Origin: Nemertoderma westbladi
Lineage: Eukaryota > Animalia > Xenacoelomorpha
Direction of reading: 5' to 3'
NCBI GenBank assembly: GCA_032718475.1
Contig: JAUCBJ010008445.1
Coordinates: 1 to 54,286, forward strand
DNA length: 54,286 bases
Each line of letters opens with the position of its first letter. Within the stretch, counting starts at the first letter, position 1. Of the stretch, positions 1 to 12,759 are shown piece after piece. The notes under the pieces are model-generated. The model saw only the letters and a list, made by a program, of their open reading frames with translations, did no database searches and had not been told where the DNA came from. The translations under genes were made by a program, and so were the position numbers.

Positions 1-10
1 CGTTTGCCTA

Positions 11-1216
11 TGCTGGCCAGTTCCCCCCCAGGCGCTGGAATACTCTAAAAAAGGTTTTCTAACTGTATATAGATTCCCCTCGCCCGCAAGGTACCTTTAC
101 AGGTGTTTTAACGGACATAAAAATCATTCTGCTATATACGTGTTTTAGTGGACATGGTAAGACAAAAACTTGTAATGCACCAACCACCTTTCACAGCTTA
201 GCCGTGATGATTCATATTACGACATCTAGCAGCTGGTTGCTGACATGGAAACAGCCATTGGACGCGTGGTTCTTTGTTTGGCTTGGGCCAATCAGGGCGG
301 TTTTTCCTGTCGACGTGTAGCTTTTAGTCGATCATAAGGAGAGTGTTCAGTCTTACTGTTTTTTCTGGATACTTTGTTGTTATTGCTGTCTAAGCCAGAA
401 ACACCGGCATTTTTGGATAGATACTGCTGTACCGTAAACTGCTTGAATTATCGAAAGTATAAACTGTTACCTAACTGACTTAAATCACTCATCTCACCTT
501 GATACTTTTAATTGCATTAATTATATTGTTTGTACTGTTATTTTACCGTCAGTTATTAATTGTAAATATTTGTTGATGGAAATATTGCTATTTGGATAAT
601 ACGGATAAATCACCCAATTCCCAATTTTCTTGATAACACTACAGGTTAGAGAGACCGGCTATATATAACAATTGCGATTTATATTAATGTGGTGTGTATT
701 GAATCCAATGTTATTTAGCAGACCCTACGTGAGTCAATTACTGCTCTCTTTATGTGTGATCAAATGTACTGACTGGCGGCAGAATAGTGTGTATGATTGT
801 GATTGGTAACAAAGTATTTCCTAAAGAATACGTTTTATACTTTAATCATAAGCAGTATCGTTGCGTTTTAGTATAAGTCTTAGTTCTGTTTAAATAGATA
901 AAGCGCCACGTCCTAAAGGAACTGTTAATATTTCCCGAAAGCCAATAATATCTGTCAGAGATTAATTATTAACGATCTATCGAATAATACATTAGGTATA
1001 CACTGCAACCTTACACTGTAATAATACAATTCAAGCATCCGAATTCAGTCTCCCGGGTGTAGATCCATCGGGTGAATGATCGCGCATGGGCTGACTTCGG
1101 CTAATGTTTTGCGTATTAGCATAAATTATTGTCGTATGCTAAAGTGGTTTTAATTAACTAAAAGACATATAAATTTTGGCAGGTTAAACTGCTAAAGGTC
1201 TTCAAAAGCGCGAACA
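11..1216 (+). mobile_element. Solo LTR, diverged relative of the element C LTR
   Basis: TG...CA ends with GCCTA on both sides (6-10, 1217-1221). Long colinear similarity to 19564-20771, e.g. gcgccacgtcctaaaggaactgttaatatttc and the terminal ggcaggttaaactgctaaaggtc..aaaagcgcgaaca. Confidence 0.85.
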
Positions 1217-1651
1217 GCCTATTAATTGAATTGTCCATCACTAAGTAGATTTAACTCGTAGTACGCAGGACACAGGGAGTCTACGTAGGACACAGGAGGT
1301 CTACGTAGCAACAACGGTGTGTGGGAGGGGGTCGATTGACCAATGATAAGGGAATTGGGTGCACTGGTGGGTTTGGTGTTGGGTGTTGGGATCCTACATG
1401 TATGCAACCCCTGTAGTTGCTTGCACATTATCGTAAGATGTATCTACCCAATTTATTTATTGTATATTCCTGTACCTAACAGGATACTGCGCTAACTAGC
1501 TCTTCCTGCCCATTTTATTGTGAATTATGTAATGTATTAAATTTGTTATAATTATGTATTATTTGGGAAAACAATCAATCAAACAGTCAGACTTATGCAC
1601 TTCAATTTCGACTTGAAATTTAATTTAATTTTTCAATAATCTAAGTATTAA

Positions 1652-3214
1652 CCCTATTAAACCCGGGGGGGGGGGGTGTCAATATGACCCCCCCCCCCCC
1701 CCGTGGTTTTTTTATTATAATTCTAAAACAAAACAAACGCAGTTGGGAATCTGAAATTTTTAATTACTTTTCCTAAAAATCTATTGTCTTCCTAGTAGTG
1801 AAAACCGTTTTCAAAAATATTGAGTACTTTTCGAGTTATAGCACCATTTTTTAACAATACTTTTGGCACTTTTTTTGAGACGTTTTTTGAAAATTATATT
1901 TCATTAAATATGAATTGTAACATCTCTATTTTTGATTTACAACGGTTTTTTGGTGTTAGAAATTTGATGGAATTCATATAAATTGATTTAGAAATTTCAA
2001 ACTTGTTTTTTTCGGTGGGTGCCAAATTTTGGTGCCAGCACCAAATTTTGAAATAAGTCAATTTTGTAAATTGATCGTTTGAAACTTGTTTTTTACGCAA
2101 TTGGGGTTTTTTGGGTTTCTGGATTCGATGAAATATATACGAGTTGCACAAAGCGTATCAAACTTGTATTTTCAGGTGCTGTGTGCAAATTTTGGTGCTA
2201 GCACGAAATTTTGAAAATCCATTCAATAGATAAAATTGCTTGTGACAATTTATTTCTTGCGTTTTAGAGGTTTATGGCTGTTCTGAATTCAACGGAAAAT
2301 ATAATTATCGAATTAGACATCTCAAACTTGTATTTTTCGGATGTGGGTGCAAAATGTGATGCTAGCAGCAAATTTTGAAAACCATCAAATATATCAATTG
2401 ATTGTGTCACCTTGTTTCTTGCGTTATACGGGTTTGTGATGGTTCTGAATTCAATGGAATCAGTAAAAATTTCATAAGAGATCTCAAACTTGTATTTTTC
2501 GCCGGTGGGTGAAAATTGTTGTGTCAGCACCAAATTTTGGAAAATATGCAAATTGATAAGTAGATAGTATCACCTTGTTTCTTGCATTATACGGGTTTAT
2601 GTGGGTCCTGAATCCGATGGAATCAATAAAAACAGCACTGGACATCGCAAACTTGTACTTTTTGGTGATGGGTACGAAATAATTTGCCAAATTACGCCGA
2701 AAAATACAAGTAGCAATGATCTGGCATATTAGAAATGTATTCCATTAGAATCTGCGCCCTTGAAAACCTGAAAATGTGAATTTATAGCATCGTATAAGCG
2801 AATTAAAAATTTTGTGTTCTAACTGAAAAGTGCTGGTTACTTGTTTTTTTCATTTTTTTCCTACGCAGATAGGACTAAACAGCCATTTATAGTAATCATA
2901 TCATTTTTTAATATTTTCCAATGTATTTTGCACCCCAGAAAACCTGTATTGAAAAATAATTAGCCGAAACTGTAACTTTCAAATTTGGTGAAAATTGTGC
3001 ACTACTTGTAATTTTGGTGCTGCAATATAACCACCCCAGTACATTTTTTCGAAATTTTTTTTTCGGTCGGATCCAGGCAAGTGATACCTAAGTACAAACA
3101 AAAAATCAGACGTTTTCGTAAATATTTGTAGATTTTAGAGGGGGGGGGGGGGGGGGGGGGGGTCAATATGACCCCCCCGGTATTTGTACATTTTATAGCC
3201 CGGTACTAATAGGG
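1652..3214. mobile_element. Non-autonomous piggyBac-like DNA transposon (MITE)
   Basis: TTAA at 1648-1651 and 3215-3218. Imperfect TIRs ccctattaaacccggg / cccggtactaataggg. The subterminal palindrome G(n)tcaatatgaC(n) is present at both ends. No transposase ORF. Confidence 0.75.
1960..2700. repeat. Degenerate ~162-bp tandem repeat (~5 copies) inside the MITE
   Basis: The motif aaacttgt(a)ttttt..gtgggtgc(a)aaatt..gcaccaaattttg recurs near 2000, 2160, 2324, 2486 and 2649. Confidence 0.75.
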
Positions 3215-3374
3215 TTAAAGTATACCTGTACACTAATTAAATATATTTCTGTGAAGAATCTTATTCTGAATATTATTTCTCAAACTGGGTATCCGTTCTC
3301 AAACCTTTTACTAATGATAGTCAACGGAGAATTTCGGTAGGTAAAGTAAGACTGGGGTAAGAGTTGAGAAATCA

Positions 3375-4023
3375 TATAAGCGGATTCAATTCCCTGCACT
3401 ACCCAGCGGAAACTGGGCGAAGTGGCATTTTACCAATTATACTTGGGAAGTTGACATTACCAATAATAATGTCAATATCACCTAATAACCAATTTAGGCG
3501 ATACACATCGCCAGCCACAAAGAAAGTTGAGAGGTCATAAACCATCTCAGAGGGACAAAGGGGCTAGCAGGGCTAGCACATGGGGATAGTGGCAACAGGT
3601 AGTGGCGTGATGGTAATTAATCGGATTAGCCAATGATGGGAGTGGAAACTGGTTATTGGAACGCATCTACTGGCCATGCCACTCAATACAGTAGCTGTGA
3701 TTAATATGTGTTAGTAATATTTTGTATTATATTGTGTTATAATATATATTGTGGATTATGATACAGTTGGTAATCTGTAGAGTTGTGAGACCGGAACAGT
3801 TTTTAACTGTCGTCATTACCGTGCTATTATATTCTGACTGTGCTATTATTATGTTCTGTGATTATAACAACTAAGACTAAAACTGAGTTATTCCAACGGC
3901 CTCCGGCCTATTATATTATATTCAGACACCACAGCCTTTCAGCAGCCTACGGACGCAGCGACGCGTATAACACAAACACACCGGTCAGGGTCCAAACTGC
4001 CAACTCCGTTGGATCCCGTCACA
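3375..4023 (+). repeat. 5' LTR of element A
   Basis: Runs t(a)taagcggattcaattccc...ggatcccgtcaca and matches 37023-37689. Confidence 0.9.
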
Positions 4024-4089
4024 GTTAAAAACTGCCAACAAGTCAACAGCCATTTAAATAAACTGTGACCACAGCCAGCGCCAACGAGA

Positions 4090-7000
4090 AGATGAGCGAA
4101 CACAAGATGCCCCAAGGTCCAGAGGGAGAAACGAGCCCGCCGCGAACCCCGAGCGACAGAGATCAGACGATTTGGAAAGCAGCGACGAGGCCACACTGGA
4201 TTCGCCAATGAGGGATGCTCCGGTTGTTGAGGAGGAGATCGGTCGAGTACGAGGAGGAGGGGGGAGCGAGTCGATGCGAGATCACAGTGGAGAATGAGGT
4301 ACCGAAGTCGCCGGCCAACCAGTGGCCGAGGGCGGCGAACGGCCCACCAGAACGGCAACGGTGGGGCTGACGGTACGGCGCCGGATGAGGAGGGAAGGTC
4401 AAGTCCAGGAGGAAGACGTCGGGATGAGCGATCGCCTATGAAGAGGGTACAACGCTACCAGGAAGTTGTTGAAGGACGCTTGAGAGGGAGGAAAGGTAGA
4501 CCAGCCCAAGTTGTACCGGAGGCTAGGTGAGTGCAACAAACATTTTCGCTACCGAGTCCGAATTGGGCAGGGGGAACTAGGAAGTGAGAGGGCAAGGGGG
4601 GTTGCCACAGAACTGTTAGAATTGTGGTGATCCGAGGTGGTGGCAGCTGGTGTGGTGTACATAGGGCCTTATCTAGTAGATGCGAGGGGGATTAAGTTAG
4701 TGGGATGGGTGGACCCACACGACACCGAACCCGAGGTTAACGCCAAAGATGCGGTGTCATTGGTTAGTAGGAATGCTAGTAAGCATGGGAAAATTAGTAG
4801 GACGAACAGGCAACGGGAGTTTGTCGCAACCGAAAAGTTGGCTACATCCTCCGCGAAAGCAAGAATGGTGTTAGAGATAGATCTGGCGTGTCAACTAGAC
4901 ATAGTCGCGCTGGATCAAAAGGAACTAGAGAGACTGCTTTACTAGAAAGGGAAAGGGAACTAGCGAGAGAGTGTAAAGAGAGGGGCGAGAGGGTGGTGAG
5001 AAACTATAGAGAGCGGGAGGAGAGAGAAATGAATGAGTGCGAGGAGCGACAGGTGAGAGGGGAAAATGAGCGCAAGGAGCGAGAGGCGAGAGAAGAAAAC
5101 GAGGGCAAGGAGCGAGAATCGAGAAGAGCTGAGAGGATTGAGAGAGAAGGGAACGAGCGTAGAGAGTGGGAGGCGAGGGAGGCAGAGTTAGCTGACCAGT
5201 AAACGTATGCGGGATGATATGCATACCCGGTTGAGGGGGTTAACGCAATACCAGGTGAAACAGAAGCGCCAATTAGAACTGGCAAAAATGTGTTTATCGG
5301 AGTGTGAGGCTGGTTCGGGTAGTATTTATGATGAACCAAATGTGATAGAAACCTTTGTTAATATGCCACTTACAGGTACCGCACGACAGACCCAAGACTG
5401 GTATGACCGGATGGGGTGGTAATAACAATACGTTTAATGAAGTTAATGTTAATAGTACTGTAATAGATAACCCTAATACTAATGAAACTTTTCTTGCAGG
5501 AGATAATATTTTGCCCGGTAATTATTCCAACAATTGTGCACAAAGTAATTTAAGTAATAATGTAAATAACAGTGAACAAAGTCATTTAAATAATATAAAT
5601 ATTGCTGATCAAAATTATTTAAATAATTTAAACAATAATCCGGTTTACAATATAATAAATAACCCCGGCGGAATTAATCAAAATAATATAATTAATAATG
5701 TAAGAAATCAACAGGGCGAGACTATTAGCGGTGCAATTTATATAAATGTAGGGGAAACAGGCAATATGCCTAGTGAGAACCTACAAGGCTACGCAGTAGC
5801 GCAGGGAGGAGCGAGGGTGAATAAACCCAGTGAGGGTAGAAGTAATGCATCGACTGGAGGGGAACATGGGGGCGAAATAAAAGGTGACGGGTGGGGGGGG
5901 GGGGGGTACGGGTGCCCCACCACAACCAATCAATGACGAATGGGGGGGGGGGGGGCAGAGAATGCCCCACGAGCGTCGGCAGATAATGCGCACAGTGATT
6001 TAAATGAACCGTGGCACCCAATGGCGGATGAGAGGGGGGGGGGCAGAGAATGCCCAACGAGCGTCGGCAGATAATGCGCGTGGTGAGTTAAATGAACCGT
6101 GGCACCCGATGACAGAGGATAGTAGAAGGACTGCGAATATCTGCGGGGCCATCCAACCGGGCAGAGGCCGGGACGTTGGTGCCGTAAGCGGCCAAATGAG
6201 GAAACGTCGAGCCCACTCGGAAAACGGAATAAGAACAGTGGAGTTCATACTTGAGATCGAAATGAGATCTCACGAGGGAGGACATTACGCTGGAGTCAAA
6301 AGAAGCGAGAAGGGAAGAGGAAGTGTTGCTATGGGCAACCAGAGAGGAAGGACGGACAGTGGACAGTCGATAGTCGAGATGGAGATAGAGAGCTGGTGGG
6401 GTCGTACTCCGGGAGATTGCCGTCGCCCCAGAGAAACACAACCTGGTGAAATATACCACACACTGGGAGAGGGGTACTTGAGTGTACTGGTATGAGGAAG
6501 AAGACAGGAGAGGGGATTGCAATGCAATAGAGAATGTGAGGGAATGCAATATCAGACGAAGCAAAAATGCCAATTAGAACTAGCAAAAAGGGTTTATCAG
6601 AGAGCGAGGCTGGTTTGGGAAGTATTTAAGAGGAACCAGGGGTGATGGAAACCTTTGTTAATACCCCACTTACAGGTACCGGATGACAGACCCAGAACTG
6701 GTGTGACCGGATGGACGAATGGTGGGTAATGACAATACGTTTAATGAAAACGTTATTATTAATAGTACCGTAGTAGATAACCCTAATACTAACGAACGAA
6801 ACATTTTTTGCAGGAAATAATATTTTGGTTGATAATAATGATAATAATTCTGGTACGGCAAATAATTTAAACAATAATATAACAAATAATAAAGGTGAAG
6901 AAAATAACTTAAATAATAATGTAAATATTGGTGCGCTAAATATCCAAAGTAATTTAAATAACAACCCAGCCACAGCAAATAATACTATAATAAATAATCC

Positions 7001-9558
7001 TGGTGAAATTGATCAAAATAATCTAAATAATAACGTAATATATATACAGGGTGAGGCTAGTGGCGATATAATTAATACAAACGTTGGGGAAGCAGGTAAT
7101 TCGCCCAGCCCCACAGATGTCGACGGGAAATGCGCTCAGTGATTCAAGTGAACCGGGGCTCCCGATGATGAAGGAAAGGGGGGGGAGGGCAGCAGAAGCC
7201 CCATGAGTGTCGGCAGATAATGCGCGTGGTGAGTTAAGTGAACCGTGGCACCCAGCGACAGAGGATAATAGGAGGGCAACGAATATCTGCGCGGCCGTAC
7301 AACTGGGCAGAGGGAGGGACGTTGGTGCCGTAAGCAGCCAAACGAGAAAATGTCGAGACAACTCGGAAGATGGAAGAAGGACAGTAGAGTTCATCCGGGA
7401 GGTCGATACGAGACCTCATGAAGGAGGACATAATGCTGAAACCAGAAGAAGTGAGGTGGAACGAGGTTGTGTTGCTACGGGCAATCAGAGACATCGAGAG
7501 AGGATGGACAGTGAACCGTCGATAGTCGAACTAGAGAGAGAGAGCCGGTAGGGTTGTACTCCGGGAGATTGCCGTCGCCCCGAAGGAACACAACCTGGCG
7601 AAATATACCATACACCAGGAGAGGGGTACAGAGTGTACCGATACGAGGAGGAAAACGGAGGAGGGGATCGGAGGGAAACTTCCCATCGGAACGTAGCTGC
7701 AGATTGAGGATATGGTAGTTGCGGGAAGGAGTTCTCGGAATATTCGAGAAGATTAAACGTCAATCCGGAGGGACACAGGCAGACTACAGAATATACTGTA
7801 GGCCTTACTGCGCATACTATAGGCCATGCTGGGAGAGATAGTTTGGCGATAGGGTAGCGCGAATGCCGGGATTGCACCCGGAGGTCGCGGCATACATACT
7901 GGTTAGTAGGCAGGAACCTGATAGGCCTATACCGATACCTGCACTCCAGTATGACTATAATATGCAGGGATACAATATATACTCAGGGGAGGGGGGGGGG
8001 GTATTGCAGATAGGTGTATGGGCCCCAATATAATGACATCAACCCCAGTACCAAATATAACATCGGTGGGGGGGGGGGGGGGGACAGGGTGACATTCCCC
8101 CATTACAGTATCCGCAATACGCACCTGCATGGAGCCTGCATCCCTACCGTCGAGCACGCTGGAAGTACAAGCGATGGGAACGGTAACACTCATCGACAAG
8201 CCACCAAGGTATTGAAGGAGGATTCACGACCGCATGGAGAGCCCTTGACATGGAATTTGGCCATCCTGCGAAGATTATCTGACAAACCTTAAGGGGAATA
8301 ACTTCAGGCGGACTCGCAGATAACCCCGTTAGCATCAATAATTTCGCTAACAATGTAGAGAAAGCGCTAATAGCGTTAAAGACTCTAGATGCACATTACG
8401 AACTTAATGCATCGAACAACATCACCACGATAGCACAGGCACTACCGATCTGGCTGAGGAACAAATGGAGAAAGATCGCTTTCTCCACTCGAGAAAGGAA
8501 AGGTGCAGAGCCAGGGTTGGAGGAGATGTCGAACTTCCTGAACTACAAAGGCGGAGCTAATAACAGATCCACTCTATAGTGAGGACAGTCTAGGCAAGGC
8601 AACAAAAACGGAATACAGCCAACCTAAACCCGAAAATAGTGCGGCGAATGCACTTCCGAAGGTGAGGCAGTCGCTACCGTATGCAGCCACACAGGGGACT
8701 TCACGTCCACAGGGAGTAGAGCCACACCGTGGTAGGGACAGATACCAAGTAACAACATGAACAAATACAAACCCAATACCCCCAGTAGGCCGAGTCCAAG
8801 TAACCAAAACACTAAACCGCTAGATATGAATCTAAGTGCAATACGTGAAGTGCTATATGAGGAATGCTACAATCCCGATTACAAATGTCAATTGCATAGA
8901 AACGGGACCCATAAGACCATGGACTGCAAGCATTGGCAGGCGTTACTTAAACAAGATTGGATAGCCTACACTGGTAAGAATGGACTATGTCATCGATGCA
9001 TGGTAGGAGGACACAGGAAGGATGAGTGCCAGGAACCGCCGATAAAATATGCCGAGACTGATGGGACTGGAGGCCAGGCGATGGTGACAAGCACCATGGG
9101 AGCAAAGAGGAGGGGAACAGTATTACTCGGAGTAGTACCAGTGAGGATAATAAGGGTGAACGAGCTATCGGTTACAACGCTAATGCTGCTCAATAGCGGA
9201 GCAGCGTTCACGCTAGCGGAAAGTTGGGTGGCCGAAAAGATAGGGTTATAGACAAGGTCAAGTAAGATGGCGGTAACCACAATTTCCAGCAAGGATGAGG
9301 TCATGAAAATGAGGACGGGATGATGCAAAATAGCAGCGATAACACCAGTGTGCAACTATGGGGCTACCATCAAACCCATTCAGATAATAGAGTCAATCAA
9401 CATTAACGCCAGGCAACCTACAAAGATCAAAAACGAGCAATACCGGTACCTGGACAATATTGACTTCTCCATGCCCGAAATGGACGTCCCGAAACTCATA
9501 GTCGGCATGGACTGTCTGACGGCCCACGAGAGACTACAGACCGTCTTTGGCGAGGATA
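4090..9558 (+). pseudogene. gag: Element A gag-protease region, fragmented
   Basis: Coiled-coil and Asn-rich fragments. Zn knuckles CQLH..H..C and CHRC..GH..C, plus a degenerate protease motif LLNSGA, in ORF 8757-9251. Many stops and frameshifts; start approximate. Confidence 0.7.
5262..7655 (+). repeat. Imperfect ~1.3-kb tandem duplication inside A gag
   Basis: gccaattagaact..gaggctggtt..gaaacctttgttaata..cacttacaggtaccg occurs at ~5267 and ~6568. gtcggcagataatgcgcgtggtgagtta and actccgggagattgccgtcgccc occur in both copies. Confidence 0.8.
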
Positions 9559-10279
9559 CTACTACTACTACTAGTATCGGCATGCTCCATTGCAGCTGCA
9601 TTTTTAAGAATGCTGTGCCGGCTTGTCGACAAAATTGCGCCAACACAACTCGCAATCACCAATGACATTTGCTAGATCATCCGCATCTTCAAGGCCAGTG
9701 TCCTTTAAGATGCATCTCAAGAAAGTCATGGGCTGTCCACCATGCTTTTTCACTCCATGAGGCTGCCAAAGTACAAGATTATGCACTGGCTGGTCCTCAC
9801 GGCGAAAGCAATGTCCTGCAAAGCGGAGGCGATTTTGTTCTAGTGTCAAGCTTGGGGGAACCAATGAGACACCTCCAATGTTATATAGTGTCTGGTTGGA
9901 GATGTGTGCATTGTACTTGACACAATGAACCCGGCGTAGCATTCTCGTGAATGTGCCATCCAGAGATTTGGTGTCCTCAGCAGTTAGAGCCCAGCGTGGA
10001 CTCCCATAGAGGAGTACTGGAACTACTGCTGCTCTAAATAATTGGACCTTAAGTTTCCGATTAATTCTCGGTGACTTCCAAATCCTGGAAAGCATTCAAG
10101 GCTGCCCATGCCTTTCCCTTACGTATTCGAAGGTCCTCACCTGACTTCCGGATCCATGATCCCAGGTAACAGAAATCGTCCACTTGCTCAAGCATACCAT
10201 CCTTTGAGCTTATGCTCATCTGATCAGAGACTTGCTGAGAACTTTCAAAGTTAACTGTCAAAATTTTGTTCTTTCTGGA
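9559..10279 (-). mobile_element. 5'-truncated RTE-like LINE copy with (TAG)n tail and 57-bp TSD
   Basis: Nearly identical (reverse complement) to 40590-40710 and 45473-45990. The tail reads (cta)n on the + strand from 9559. The flanks 9502-9558 and 10280-10336 are identical. Confidence 0.9.
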
Positions 10280-10336
10280 TCGGCATGGACTGTCTGACGG
10301 CCCACGAGAGACTACAGACCGTCTTTGGCGAGGATA

Positions 10337-11708
10337 GGGAGCGAGATCCAGTGGCCATTCTCACGCCATGCTGGCCCAATTGACAAGAGTCCCGTTCAGC
10401 GTGTCCGAATCCTCAGGGTGCATGTTCGCTGGAACAATGAGGGAAATGGAGGACGAGGGAGCAGATGAGCAACTCAAGAGGCTGCTACGGCAGGATTTCG
10501 AGGGGCTGAAGGAGGCCGGGGTGGGAACCTCAGTGGAGGACAAGCAGGCGCAGGAGAGCGTCAGGAACTCGATGAAATGCCAGGGGGGACAATATACCAT
10601 AGGGATGGTATGGAAGCAGCCGAAGGTGCCCCTACCAGACAAAAAAAGGATGGTCTTGGCGAGGCTTCGAAAATTAAAGCAAACACTTGGACGGAGCCCT
10701 GAAAAGAACGAGTACATCCACAAAACCATCAAGAAGTATGTGGATCGAGGATGGGCCCTGGAACTACCGGTGGATGAACCAAATTCCGAGTAGGACCTAC
10801 TATTTGCCACTTCATGTGGCTCTGGATCCTTTAGAAGGACAAGTTAAGAATGGTGGTCGATGCATCTGCCAAGGCAAATGGCAAGAGTCTAAATGACTAC
10901 CTACTGGAAGGCCCCAATATCTATAAGTCGGGGATAGAGGTCCTATTAAGGTTTAGAAGTGGAAAACATGCCTTCACGTGCGATATTGAGGGCATGTTTA
11001 ACCAAGTGCGAGTGACGGAGGAGGATAGCGATAGTCATCGCTTCCTGTGGTACAACAGCGACGAAGGACCGTTGGAGATACCGATGTACAAGATGGTAGT
11101 ATATGGGGGCCAAGTCGTCCCCATTTACCATGACTTCAGCCATAAGAGACACGGTGGAGGGCAAAGAGGGGGAGTACAGTGAGGAGGCAATTGATATGAT
11201 TTGACGCGGGTTCTATGTGGATGATGGGATGGGTTCTGGAAACTCGGTTAAAGAGATACTTGATACAGGGCGCAAACTTCGCGACTTCCTGAAGGGATCA
11301 GGATTTAACCTTACAAAATTCCAGTCCAACTCTAGAGAATTTATGGAAGCCATAGAAGATAAACAACCGGAGGTAAAGATAGATAAACCTATAACAATAA
11401 AGGAGCAGATTATGGCGGACAAGAGAATAGAATCGCAGGAGAAGTCACTAGGGATCGTATGGAACCGGGAGACAGATGAGTTGGAATATCAACTAAATCA
11501 GGAGGGTGCCGGGATCCATACTAAACGAAGCTATGTGTCATACATATCGAAGATTTACGATCCGCTAGGCCTAGCGTCCCCATTGTTAGTCACGGGGAAA
11601 CAAATATTGAAGAAGGTCTACAAGATAAAAGATGACTGGGACGCGGAGGTCCCAGTGGAGATAAGGAAACAGTGGGAGAAATGGACAGGGAGCCTCAAGG
11701 AAATGGGG
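10337..11708 (+). pseudogene. pol: Element A pol, RT region (first part)
   Basis: YYLPLH, VVDASAK..SLNDYLLEGPN, FTCDIEGMFNQV, FYVDD, SKIYDPLGLASP. Stops and frameshifts. Cut at KEMG by element B. Confidence 0.9.
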
Positions 11709-11729
11709 TGAAAGATCTCCCACGCCAAA

Positions 11730-12759
11730 TAGATCGCAAATTATTCGTGGATGTGAGGTAATCGCCCAGTACACGCAACCTCGCCACTTCAACTGTGACT
11801 CGAACTCATTTACGCCAGGGGTATCTCCCTCACCGTATACATCCGTGTATTTGCTCCTCTTGCTCTCCTTATAATCCCAACTAAACATTTGGTATGAGAT
11901 ATAACCTGTTCCAGGTAATCCTGAAATATCCTTGCTCAATAGCCCAAAGCAACAATGGTCTAGTATCCACGTATGGTGTAAGCAATCAATCCTCCTCCGT
12001 GGGCATTCCTGCGAAATCGCTAATAAGGTCATCCCGTACACCGGATCCGATCTTGACGATACTTTTATCAAGTACAACGTCTCGTACGGCCTTTGGCAAC
12101 ATCCTAGCTTCGATGCTACAAGCCAGGTCCATGGATTTAACTATCTGTTTTATCATCGCGTGTCTTTGCGTCATTCCTTCCGGCATAGGCATCTTTCTGT
12201 CGCTCCTCTGTCGGCTGAAGACATGTAACACGCCATCTGGTGCTCGAATCTGCATGGTCTTTGAAGTGAGGCTTTGCTGATGACTTCCTCCTTCATTATC
12301 GTAAAACATATAACCATTCTCCTTTAGAGATCGGCTAGTTGCGTCCCAATCGTCGAGTAAATCGTCGGTAGGGTTCCAAATTCTCCCTATTGACTTTTCA
12401 TCATCGAAACTAATAGGTTTTCTGGTCCAATTGGTCGCAATATCGGTGTCGGTCTCAAACGTGCCGACTCCAATCCATAATCGAATCGTTTTTGTCAGAT
12501 ATCCTCGCAAGATGCAAGGTGCGATATCTGGCCCCGCGCGATCCACTTCCTTAAAGTCCGTAATATGTGGAGGCACGTTGCGTACGATTTTCTGTACTAT
12601 CGTTCTACGCAACTCGGCTGACTCTAACACATAACCAAAGGTAACCGATGGGAGGAAATCCAGGTTCGAAATGATCTCCGGGTGTTCTACGATAGGGTAT
12701 CTCATAAGTTGTCTCCTCTCGGGTCGGTATACTAATAGGAAAGCTGGTTGGTCTCGCAA
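11730..12759 (-). pseudogene. Element B accessory ORF, C-terminal part: DEDDy-type 3'-5' exonuclease domain (stop and frameshift)
   Basis: ExoI-like MFYDNE, then MQIRAPDGVLHVF, and ExoII-like LPKAVRDVVLDKSIVKIGSGVRDD. After the stop at 11986 the frame reads YVDTRPL. No ExoIII motif recognised. Confidence 0.7.

Noticed and set aside
64-1216. Alternative LTR start at TGT 64
   Set aside because: No TSD there, whereas a start at 11 gives a perfect GCCTA duplication.
1894-2690. Minus-strand ORFs in the MITE as transposase remnants
   Set aside because: They are translations of the internal tandem repeat with no DDD/E motifs.
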